Assembly (NCBI GenBank): GCA_963721805.1
Contig: CAVRJY010000002.1
Coordinates: forward strand, 512,001-576,000
Source of the DNA: Nitrospirota bacterium
GTDB lineage: Bacteria > Nitrospirota > Thermodesulfovibrionia > Thermodesulfovibrionales > JdFR-86
DNA: 64,000 nt
Direction: 5' to 3'
The position numbers were made by a program, and so were the translations under genes. Positions 56,156-64,000 of the stretch are shown piece after piece; within the stretch, counting starts at the first letter, position 1; every line of letters begins with the position of its first letter. The notes below the pieces were generated by a model, which ran no database searches, was not told where the DNA came from, and was given only the letters and a program-made list of their open reading frames with translations.

Positions 56156-56808
56156 ACCGCGGAATACTGAGATCGATATCTTTGGCCGCGGCCGTATTGC
56201 TGGTGCTGGCGGTCATGCTCGCGCCGCGCGGCGCTGCCGAGGCCGCAACTCTGGTGCTCGACCCCGGACACGGGGGGTATGATACCGGCATCACTGCGCC
56301 GGGCTTTATGGAAAAAGACATCGTGCTCGTGCTGGCGCGAAGGATCGAGGCCTCGCTGAACGGCTCGATGGCTGTCGTGCTTACGCGTTCGACCGACGCC
56401 TATACCAGCCTAGATGCGCGGCGCGAGGTAATACTGAATGGCGCATCGCCGAAGGTCCTCATAAGCCTGCATGCGACCTCAGCTCCAGAGTTCGCGGTAT
56501 ACACGGCAGCGTACCCTCAGGGCTTCGAATCCGCCCCGCCGGCACAGCGTTATGGAATCCATGCGCGGCAGTTCGCGTATCTTGCGCAAAGCAGGCTGCT
56601 CGCCTCGGCCTTCGCAGGGCGCCTTGCGGAGCAGGGCGTGAAGCTGCGCGAGCTTCCGGCCCTGCTGCTTGGGGATGCCGACTGCCCGGCCGTGCTGGTC
56701 GAGGTCCCCGTGCAAATCCTCAAAGACGCATCGAAGCTCGACGAGCTAGCCGGTGCCATAACGGGTGCGCTGGACGATTTCGAGAAATCCTCGATGGTTG
56801 GGAGATAG
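56083..56808 (+). CDS. N-acetylmuramoyl-L-alanine amidase (Amidase_3; start uncertain)
   Basis: Hydrophobic signal segment; LDPGHGG.D.G, EKD..L, LTR, SLH, AVLVE. Confidence 0.85.
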   Translation: MRGHRRDKRRQSSLYRAHPEGIPIDRGILRSISLAAAVLLVLAVMLAPRGAAEAATLVLDPGHGGYDTGITAPGFMEKDIVLVLARRIEASLNGSMAVVLTRSTDAYTSLDARREVILNGASPKVLISLHATSAPEFAVYTAAYPQGFESAPPAQRYGIHARQFAYLAQSRLLASAFAGRLAEQGVKLRELPALLLGDADCPAVLVEVPVQILKDASKLDELAGAITGALDDFEKSSMVGR

Positions 56809-56811
56809 GCC

Positions 56812-57391
56812 ATGGCGAGAAGGCGCGGTTGGGCTATAGCGGTGGCCATAGTGCTCGCGCTGTTCGCCGCTGGCGTCGTGGCCGGATATCTGGTCAGCCG
56901 CCGTACGGCCGAAAACAGTGCGGCGCGCGTTGAGGCCCCGCAGCAGGCAACGGCCCCGACCAAGCTCGTGACGATCACCTTCGCGCTCGTAAACGGGCTC
57001 TATCCCGAGCAGGTCGGCATCAGGCCCGCCGCTGAATCGAAGCGAGGCCCTGGCCGCAGCGGTCGTGCGCGAATTCCTGCACGGCCCCTCCGATGCCGGG
57101 CTTAAATCAGCGGTCCCGGAGGGCGCCCCCCTGCTTGGCGTCTATCTGGGGCAGGATGGTATACTCTACGTCAACCTTTCGAACGATTTTATCGCTAACT
57201 TCAGGGGCGACGCCCTGTCGGAATTCATGGTGCTCAAGGGGCTGTATAAAAGCGTGATGGACAATGTCGGGGCGATAGCAGGCATCCGCATACTGGCCGG
57301 AGGCCGCGAGGCCGATTCCATAGGCGGGCATATAGTGCTCGACGCATTGTCGGGCGGCGTGCTCATGGGAGATTACAATGCGCCCCAGTGA
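56812..57391 (+). pseudogene. GerMN-domain protein split by a frameshift near 57030-57045
   Basis: TM-anchored N-part in one frame; EALAAAVVREFL.GP...S.VPEG..LLGVY....G.LYVNLS..F continues in the +1 frame. Confidence 0.75.
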
Positions 57392-58196
57392 CGCCCCGAT
57401 CGGGGTGTTCGACTCCGGCATCGGCGGGCTCACCGTCGTCAGGGAGATGCTTGCTGAGTTGCCCTCCGAGGACATAATATACTTGGGCGATACCGCGCGC
57501 GTGCCATACGGCATACGCTCGCGTGAGACCGTGGCGCGCTATGCGCTTGAGGGCGCTAATTTCATGCTCTCGCAGGGCATCAAGGCGCTCGTGGTCGCCT
57601 GCAATACCGTATCGGCAGTAGGGCTAGACGGCATACGAGCCCGGACTGACGTGCCGGTGATCGGCGTCATAGAGCCTGGAGCGCGCGCCGCAACTTCGCA
57701 CACCCGCTCGCGCAAGATCGGCGTCATCGGGACCGAGGCCACCATTAAAAGCTGCTCATACCCCGAGGCTATCAGAGCCCTGGACCCGTCGCTTGAGGTC
57801 GTATGCCGCGCCTGCCCGCTGTTCGTCCCCCTCGTTGAAGAGGGCTGGATAGAGGGCGAGCTCCCGGAGCTCGCGGCCCGCACTTATCTGGACGGCATGA
57901 AGGCGGAGGGCATTGACGCGCTCGTGCTCGGATGCACGCACTATCCCCTGCTGAAGCTCGTGCTCCGCGCGGTCCTGGGCGAAGGCATCGAGCTTATAGA
58001 TTCCGCGACCGAGACCGCGCGCACGGTGCGCGAGGTGCTCGCATCGCGCGGGCTCCTGAGGGCAGAGGCGCCCGGACGCGCTGCGGTGAGGCGTTTTTTC
58101 GTGACAGACGACCCCGAGAGGTTCAGGGGTGTGGGCGAGAGGTTCCTCGGACGGGCGATACCCGATATCACAAAGGTGCAACTGGAGGCAATATGA
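57378..58196 (+). CDS. murI: Glutamate racemase
   Basis: [34 protein letters not shown]. Confidence 0.97.
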   Translation: MRPSDAPIGVFDSGIGGLTVVREMLAELPSEDIIYLGDTARVPYGIRSRETVARYALEGANFMLSQGIKALVVACNTVSAVGLDGIRARTDVPVIGVIEPGARAATSHTRSRKIGVIGTEATIKSCSYPEAIRALDPSLEVVCRACPLFVPLVEEGWIEGELPELAARTYLDGMKAEGIDALVLGCTHYPLLKLVLRAVLGEGIELIDSATETARTVREVLASRGLLRAEAPGRAAVRRFFVTDDPERFRGVGERFLGRAIPDITKVQLEAI

Positions 58197-58921
58197 GGTC
58201 CGACGGACGCGCAAACGACGAGATCAGGCCGGTGAAGATCACCCGGAATTTTATAACCAGTGCCGAGGGCTCGGTGCTGATGGAGATAGGCAACACGCGC
58301 GTGATCTGCACCGCCACTATTGAGGACAAGGTGCCGCAGTTTCTGAAGGACACCGGGCGCGGCTGGGTGACGGCCGAGTACGCTATGATCCCCCGTTCGA
58401 CCAACACGCGCAAGGCGAGGGAATCGAGCATCGGCAAGGTGGGGGGCCGCACGCACGAGATACAGCGCCTGATAGGGCGGTCGCTGCGCAGCGTGACCGA
58501 CCTCGAGGCCATGGGCGAGCGCACGATCTGGATCGACTGCGACGTCATACAGGCCGACGGCGGCACGCGCACGGCGTCGATCACCGGGGCCTATATCGCG
58601 CTGGTCGAGGCCCTGCGCCATGCGGTATCGCTGGGGATGCTCAGGAGCGTCCCGATCAGGGACTACGTTGCCGCGATAAGCGTGGGCGTGGTCGGCGGCA
58701 CGCCGATGCTGGACCTCTGCTATGAAGAGGACTCGAGGGCCGACGTCGACATGAACCTGGTCGTGACCGGCAGCGGGAAGATCGTCGAGGTCCAGGGCAC
58801 TGCCGAAGGCCCGCCCTTCGGCCGCGAGACGCACGATGCGCTTATGGCCCTGGGCTTCGCGGGCGTTGCGGCGATGATCGAGCGGCAGAAGGCAGAATTA
58901 CAGGAGAATGTGATAAAATAA
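58193..58921 (+). CDS. rph: Ribonuclease PH
   Basis: [43 protein letters not shown]. Confidence 0.97.
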   Translation: MRSDGRANDEIRPVKITRNFITSAEGSVLMEIGNTRVICTATIEDKVPQFLKDTGRGWVTAEYAMIPRSTNTRKARESSIGKVGGRTHEIQRLIGRSLRSVTDLEAMGERTIWIDCDVIQADGGTRTASITGAYIALVEALRHAVSLGMLRSVPIRDYVAAISVGVVGGTPMLDLCYEEDSRADVDMNLVVTGSGKIVEVQGTAEGPPFGRETHDALMALGFAGVAAMIERQKAELQENVIK

Positions 58922-58927
58922 CAACTT

Positions 58928-60796
58928 ATGGCAAGCACACAGGGTAACCAGAACATGTACAAGGGGCTGTTGATATGGCTGCTGATCGGCACGGCCATGA
59001 TACTGCTTTTTAATTTTCTCGCCCCGCAGAAAAAGCAAGAGGAGGAGCTGAAGTTCTCGGAGTTCCTCCAGAAGGTCCAGGCCGGCGACGTCACGGACGT
59101 CATCCTCAAGGAAAACCAGATCATCGGCACGCTCAAGGACGGCACGAAGTTCACATCTTATTCCGCGACCTACCCGGACATGGTCAAGGTCCTCACCGAA
59201 AAGGGCGTCCAGATCACAGCGAAGCCCCCGGACCAGAGCCCTTGGTACGTGAACTTCTTCTTCTCGTGGGGGCCGATCATATTTTTGGCGCTCATCTGGA
59301 TATTCTTCATGCGACAGATGCAGACCGGCGGAAACCGGGCCATGTCGTTCGGGAAATCCAAGGCCCGGCTTGTGTCCGAAAAGCAGGTGAAGATCACGTT
59401 TGCGGACGTCGCGGGCATCGACGAGGCCAAGGAGGAAGTTACCGAGATAATCGACTTCCTCAAGGACCCCCAGAAGTTCTCCAAGCTCGGCGGGAGGATC
59501 CCCAAAGGCGCGCTCCTGGTCGGGCAGCCCGGCACCGGGAAGACACTCCTGGCACGGGCCATCGCAGGTGAGGCGGGGGTCCCGTTTTTCAGCATCTCGG
59601 GCTCAGACTTCGTAGAGATGTTCGTGGGCGTCGGGGCATCGAGGGTGCGCGACCTGTTTGAGCAGGCCAAGCGCAGCTCCCCGTGCATCATCTTCATAGA
59701 CGAGATAGACGCAGTCGGACGCCACCGCGGCGCGGGTTTGGGCGGCGGCCATGACGAGCGTGAGCAGACCCTGAACCAGCTGCTCGTGGAGATGGACGGC
59801 TTCGAGGGCAAGGAGGGCGTCATTATCCTCGCTGCCACGAACCGCCCGGACGTGCTCGACCCCGCGCTCCTGAGGCCCGGAAGGTTCGACCGCCAGATAG
59901 TCGTGCCGTCTCCGGATTTCAACGGCCGCAAACAGATATTAAGCGTACACGCCAAGAGCGTGCCGCTGAGCGATAAGGTGGACCTCGAGACCATCGCGCG
60001 CGGGACGCCCGGCTTCACCGGCGCGGACCTGGCGAACCTCGTAAACGAGGCCGCTCTGCTCGCGGCGCGCAAGTCCAAGACACAGGTCGAGATGGACGAT
60101 TTCGAGGAGGCCAAGGACAAGGTCCTGATGGGCGCCGCCCGCCGGAGCATGGTGATCAACGACGAGGAGAAGAAGAACACCGCGTTTCACGAGGCCGGCC
60201 ACGCGCTCGTCGCGAAGCTCACGCCGGGCACCGACCCGATACACAAGGTCACGATCATACCGCGCGGCCGCGCGCTGGGGCTCACGCAGCAGCTCCCGGT
60301 CGACGACCGCTACACGCACAGCGAGGTATTCCTCAAGAGCGTCCTGTCGGTGCTCATGGGCGGAAGGGCGGCCGAGGAGATCGCGCTGCACCAGATGACC
60401 ACCGGAGCAGGAAACGACATAGAGCGCGCCACGGAGCTCGCGCGCAAGATGGTCACCGAATGGGGCATGAGCCAGAAGCTCGGGCCGCTGACGTTCGGCA
60501 AGAAGGACGAGCAGATATTCCTCGGCCGCGAGATCGCGAAACACAAGGACTACAGCGAGCGCACCGCCGAAGACATAGACGACGAGGTCAGGCTCATAGT
60601 CACCAACGCTTACGAGAGGGCCAAGAAGCTGCTCACCGAAAACTATAAGCTGCTTGAGGCCTTCGCCTTGAGGCTCCTCGAGAAGGAGACCATGGACGCG
60701 GCCGAGATCGAGCAGTTCATGGAGGCCCACCGCACGAAGGACGTAGTGGAAATAGGCGGCGCTGGAACTCCGGCACCCTCGGCCCCGGCAGCATAG
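58928..60796 (+). CDS. ftsH: ATP-dependent zinc metalloprotease
   Basis: Two [30 protein letters not shown]. Confidence 0.98.
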   Translation: MASTQGNQNMYKGLLIWLLIGTAMILLFNFLAPQKKQEEELKFSEFLQKVQAGDVTDVILKENQIIGTLKDGTKFTSYSATYPDMVKVLTEKGVQITAKPPDQSPWYVNFFFSWGPIIFLALIWIFFMRQMQTGGNRAMSFGKSKARLVSEKQVKITFADVAGIDEAKEEVTEIIDFLKDPQKFSKLGGRIPKGALLVGQPGTGKTLLARAIAGEAGVPFFSISGSDFVEMFVGVGASRVRDLFEQAKRSSPCIIFIDEIDAVGRHRGAGLGGGHDEREQTLNQLLVEMDGFEGKEGVIILAATNRPDVLDPALLRPGRFDRQIVVPSPDFNGRKQILSVHAKSVPLSDKVDLETIARGTPGFTGADLANLVNEAALLAARKSKTQVEMDDFEEAKDKVLMGAARRSMVINDEEKKNTAFHEAGHALVAKLTPGTDPIHKVTIIPRGRALGLTQQLPVDDRYTHSEVFLKSVLSVLMGGRAAEEIALHQMTTGAGNDIERATELARKMVTEWGMSQKLGPLTFGKKDEQIFLGREIAKHKDYSERTAEDIDDEVRLIVTNAYERAKKLLTENYKLLEAFALRLLEKETMDAAEIEQFMEAHRTKDVVEIGGAGTPAPSAPAA

Positions 60797-60803
60797 CCCC
60801 GGC

Positions 60804-61670
60804 ATGACATTCCGCTGGGGGCGGCACTGCCTTGATTTCACCGGCCGCACCCTCGTAATGGGAGTTTTAAACGTGACCCCCGATTCGTTCTCGGACGGGG
60901 GTCTTTTTTACGCCAGCCGCGACGCTGCCATATCACATGCCATCCAGATGGCCGAAGACGGCGCGGACATCATCGACATAGGCGGCCTCTCGACCCGGCC
61001 CGGCTCCGAGCCTGTCTCGGTGCAGCAAGAGACAGACCGCGTAGCGCCCGTGATCGAGGCGCTCTCCAACCGCATTAACGTCCCGGTCTCGATAGACACC
61101 TACCGCTCCGAGGTCGCGCGCGCCGCGCTCGACGCGGGGGCCTCGATCGTAAACGACATAAGCGGACTGCGCTTCGACCCTGCGATGGCTGCGGCCGCCG
61201 CATCATACGGCGTGCCGGTCGTCGTCATGCACATAAAGGGAACCCCCAGAGACATGCAGCAGCACCCGGAATACGAGGCTCTCGTGCCGGAGGTGATGGA
61301 CTATCTTCGCGAGGGCATAAGGATAGCGGAGGAGGCCGGGATTACAAACATCATCATCGATCCGGGCATTGGATTTGGAAAGACATACGACCATAACCTG
61401 CAACTTCTGGCCTCGATAGGTGAATTTGTAAAACTCGGCTACCCGGTGCTGGCCGGGCCGTCGCGCAAGGCGTTCATCGGCGCGATCCTGGGCGGAATTC
61501 CGGCACAGGATCGCATCTGGGGCACAGCGGCCGCGGTCGCGGCCTGCGTGCTCGGAGGGGCGCATATCGTGCGCGTGCACGACGTGAAAGAGATGGCGCA
61601 GGTCGTGAAGGTTGCCTCGGCTATCAGGTCTAGCTCAATGCCTTCCCAAGCGAGCCCTCGGCCCGCTTAA
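60804..61670 (+). CDS. folP: Dihydropteroate synthase
   Basis: MGVLNVTPDSFSDGG, STRPG, DPGIGFGK, SRK.F, RVHDV. Confidence 0.97.
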   Translation: MTFRWGRHCLDFTGRTLVMGVLNVTPDSFSDGGLFYASRDAAISHAIQMAEDGADIIDIGGLSTRPGSEPVSVQQETDRVAPVIEALSNRINVPVSIDTYRSEVARAALDAGASIVNDISGLRFDPAMAAAAASYGVPVVVMHIKGTPRDMQQHPEYEALVPEVMDYLREGIRIAEEAGITNIIIDPGIGFGKTYDHNLQLLASIGEFVKLGYPVLAGPSRKAFIGAILGGIPAQDRIWGTAAAVAACVLGGAHIVRVHDVKEMAQVVKVASAIRSSSMPSQASPRPA

Positions 61671-62499
61671 GCAGTTCCTCCGCCTCGTCCTTATTTAGTC
61701 CTTTTACGCGCATCAAGGCCGCGAGCTTAGGCCTCATGCCCGAGGCCCTGAGCGAGTCCTCGGCCTCCTGCTCGGTGCAGCCGGTGATCTTCCGGATGAT
61801 TCCCAGGGCGCGCGCCACGAGCTTCGCGTTTGTGGGCGCGACGTCGACCATAAGCCCCTCGTGCACGCCTCCGAGGCGCACCATTGCGGCCGTGGATATC
61901 ATGTTAAGGACGATCTTCGTAGCGGTGCCTGCCTTGAGCCGCGTCGAGCCCGCGATGAGTTCGGCGCCGGTATTTAAAGATATCATGCCGCAGGTGAAGG
62001 GGTAGGGCTCGACCGTGGCGCATGTCAGGAGCCACGAGCGTGCGCCGCGAGCGTGCGCGGCCCTCAAAAAACCGAGGACGTAGGGCGTCCTGCCGCTTGC
62101 AGTTATCCCGACCGCCATGTCCCCGGGGCCGAGTGCAGAGCCCTCGGCCGCGCCCGCGCCTTCGTCGTCCTCGGCGCCCTCGACCGCGTGCTGGATCGCG
62201 CCCGGCCCGCCCGCGATATGCGCGCGGAAGCGGTCGCTAGAGAAAGTCGGCGGGATCTCCGAAGCGTCAAGCACGCCGAGCCGTCCGCTTGAGCCGGCCC
62301 CGGCGTAATGCACCCGGCCACCACTTCGGATCGCATCAATCGCGTCCGCAACCGCGCGGCCGATATCGGGGAGCGCCCTGCGAATGGCCGTAACCGAGGC
62401 GACCTCACCCGCGAGCATCAGGGCGAGGAGGTCAGCGACCGGCATCGATTCTATTTTATTGGAGCCCTCTCCGTGCGGCTCCCTGCGCTGCTCCGGCAT
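61630..62499 (-). CDS. murQ: N-acetylmuramic acid 6-phosphate etherase
   Basis: Y.GAG.SGRLGVLDASE.PPTF, VEGAED, GSTRLKAGTA.K..LN.IST. Confidence 0.95.
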   Translation of the reverse strand: MPEQRREPHGEGSNKIESMPVADLLALMLAGEVASVTAIRRALPDIGRAVADAIDAIRSGGRVHYAGAGSSGRLGVLDASEIPPTFSSDRFRAHIAGGPGAIQHAVEGAEDDEGAGAAEGSALGPGDMAVGITASGRTPYVLGFLRAAHARGARSWLLTCATVEPYPFTCGMISLNTGAELIAGSTRLKAGTATKIVLNMISTAAMVRLGGVHEGLMVDVAPTNAKLVARALGIIRKITGCTEQEAEDSLRASGMRPKLAALMRVKGLNKDEAEELLKRAEGSLGKALS

Positions 62500-62559
62500 A
62501 AGTTACGCCTTCCTCCTGTATTGCACCGGCCTGCTTTCTGCTATGATATTATAGTCAAA

Positions 62560-63279
62560 ATGAAAACATCCGCAAGCATACTGAGGGGCGCAGCCGCTGC
62601 GCTCGCGCTATTGGTCCTGGTTTCCTGTGCGACGGGGATGAGCATGCCGCACAAGGAGGCCGTCGCGCATTACAAGCTCGGCCTGTCCCACCTTAACGAC
62701 AACGACCTGCAAGGCGCCTTCGTCGAGTTCCAGAAGTCGCTGCGCCTCAATGACTATGACAAGGACGTCCATCAGGCGATAGGCGTCGTCTACCTGAGGC
62801 TCGAGGACACCGACAACGCCGAGAAGGAGTTCAAGCGGGCCATCTCCATAGACCCGGACTATTCCGAGGCGTACAACAACCTCTGTGTCATCCACTACAA
62901 AAAACTCGATTACGACGGCGCGATAGCGGATTGCAGGAAGGCCCTAGAAAACCAGCTTTACGCCACCCCGGAGAAGTCATACTACACGCTCGGGCGCATC
63001 TATTACCGCATGGGCAACTACAAGGACGCTATGGAGAACTTCATCCAGGCCTCGAGGCGCGCCCCGATGCTGCCGGACCCTTACTACGGCCTCGCGCTCG
63101 CTTACAACGCCAGCGGCAACTTCGGCAAGGCCTCCGAGGCCATAACGAGGGCCATCTCGATAGACGGCAGGTTCAGGGGCGATAAGGTCTTCGCGGATTC
63201 GGAGTTCCGCAAGCAGGTCCTGATGGGCGGCGATGACGCCCGGGACCTCAAAGACCTCATCGAGATACTTAAGTACTGA
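62560..63279 (+). CDS. TPR lipoprotein (PilF/PilW-like)
   Basis: Lipobox LVSC; TPR repeats; AL.N.LY.TPE motif. Confidence 0.75.
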   Translation: MKTSASILRGAAAALALLVLVSCATGMSMPHKEAVAHYKLGLSHLNDNDLQGAFVEFQKSLRLNDYDKDVHQAIGVVYLRLEDTDNAEKEFKRAISIDPDYSEAYNNLCVIHYKKLDYDGAIADCRKALENQLYATPEKSYYTLGRIYYRMGNYKDAMENFIQASRRAPMLPDPYYGLALAYNASGNFGKASEAITRAISIDGRFRGDKVFADSEFRKQVLMGGDDARDLKDLIEILKY

Positions 63280-63665
63280 TGATCCCCGAGGCCGTCGAAG
63301 GTCTCATGAATAAGGCCGAGGGTGCGATGGAAATGGCCGTCGCGACATATTCCGGCCTGCGCGTCGGCGCTGCCCTGCTCTCTACGGACGGCCGCGTATT
63401 CACCGGCTGCAACATAGAGAACCCCTCCCTCATGCTCACCATCTGCGCCGAGCGCGTCGCGCTGTACAAGGCCCTGAGCGAGGGCGCACGCACGTTCAGC
63501 GCCATAGCGGTTGTGTGTTCCGAGGCCAGCCCGTGCCGGCCGTGCGGCACCTGCCGGCAGGCGCTCCATGAGTTCTGCCCCGGCATCGCCATATATCTGA
63601 GGACAGCCTCCGGCATAGTCAGGTACACGGATGGCGAACTGCTCCCGTATCCCTTCGACATATGA
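63279..63665 (+). CDS. cdd: Cytidine deaminase (tetrameric type)
   Basis: YS...VGAA, G.NIEN, CAER.A, PCG.CRQ, LLP.PF. Confidence 0.93.
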   Translation: MIPEAVEGLMNKAEGAMEMAVATYSGLRVGAALLSTDGRVFTGCNIENPSLMLTICAERVALYKALSEGARTFSAIAVVCSEASPCRPCGTCRQALHEFCPGIAIYLRTASGIVRYTDGELLPYPFDI

Positions 63666-64000
63666 TAGAAAAGCGCGATATAATCAGGAGCCTCAGAAAG
63701 CCGCTCCCGTTTGGGGAGCTGGCCCTTCAGCTCGGCCTGAAAAAACACGAGGGCAAGCAGCTTAAGAGGCTGCTCAGGCCGATGGTCGAGTCAGGCGAGA
63801 TAGTCAGAAACCGCAAGGGATACTACGGCCTGCCGGAGGAGATGGCGCTGGTGACAGGGTTTTTCGAGGCCCACCGCGAGGGGTTCGGTTTCGTGATCCT
63901 GGAGAAGGCCGGGGAGCGCGACGTCTTCATCCCAGCGCGCTCTACCTTGGGCGCTATGGACGGCGACCCGGTGGTGGCGCGCATCGAGAGCGCCGAAAAG
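63662..64000 (+). CDS. rnr: Ribonuclease R (N-terminal part; runs off window end)
   Basis: Manual translation: HTH-like start, then VTGFFEAHREGFGFV...DVFIP...GAMDGD.V (cold-shock domain). Confidence 0.9.
   Translation, partial: MIEKRDIIRSLRKPLPFGELALQLGLKKHEGKQLKRLLRPMVESGEIVRNRKGYYGLPEEMALVTGFFEAHREGFGFVILEKAGERDVFIPARSTLGAMDGDPVVARIESAEK

Overview
GC-rich bacterial chromosome segment. The gene set suggests Nitrospirota or a deltaproteobacterium-like anaerobe (inference only). From left to right: partial deoB, two peptide ABC permeases, addAB, rlmI, a glycosyltransferase, and a rubredoxin/ferritin-like/korAB operon. Next is a 15-kb minus-strand flagellar cluster (flgFGAHIJMNKL, csrA, fliW, fliK-like, flhB-like, fliC, flaG, fliD, fliS, fliT-like) with one sigma54 promoter, two sigma28 promoters and CsrA-type GGA hairpins. 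Then come a stand-alone LigD phosphoesterase, a MITE-like element, resB and a di-heme cytochrome c. Two accessory modules follow: (i) an RsbU-RsbW-RsbV partner switch translationally coupled to an MlaE/F/D-PqiC MCE transporter, and (ii) a divergent signalling cluster (adenylate cyclase-FHA, atypical Ser/Thr kinase with Cys-rich beta-helix, double-MshEN PilB/GspE ATPase, tandem cNMP-rhodanese, stand-alone MshEN protein). The rest is tRNA-Glu/Lys, rpsP-trmD-rplS-rnhB, a heme-c histidine kinase with two orphan binding proteins, dcd-pyrF, 6S RNA, rny-ymdB, amidase, a frameshifted GerMN gene, murI-rph-ftsH-folP, murQ, a TPR lipoprotein, cdd and partial rnr. No CRISPR array, transposase or integrase was seen. 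The best novelty candidates are the phospho-switch/MCE operon, the cAMP/kinase/c-di-GMP cluster, and a 27x hexapeptide VNTR in the FliK-like protein. All calls come from reading motifs by eye; no database searches were run.
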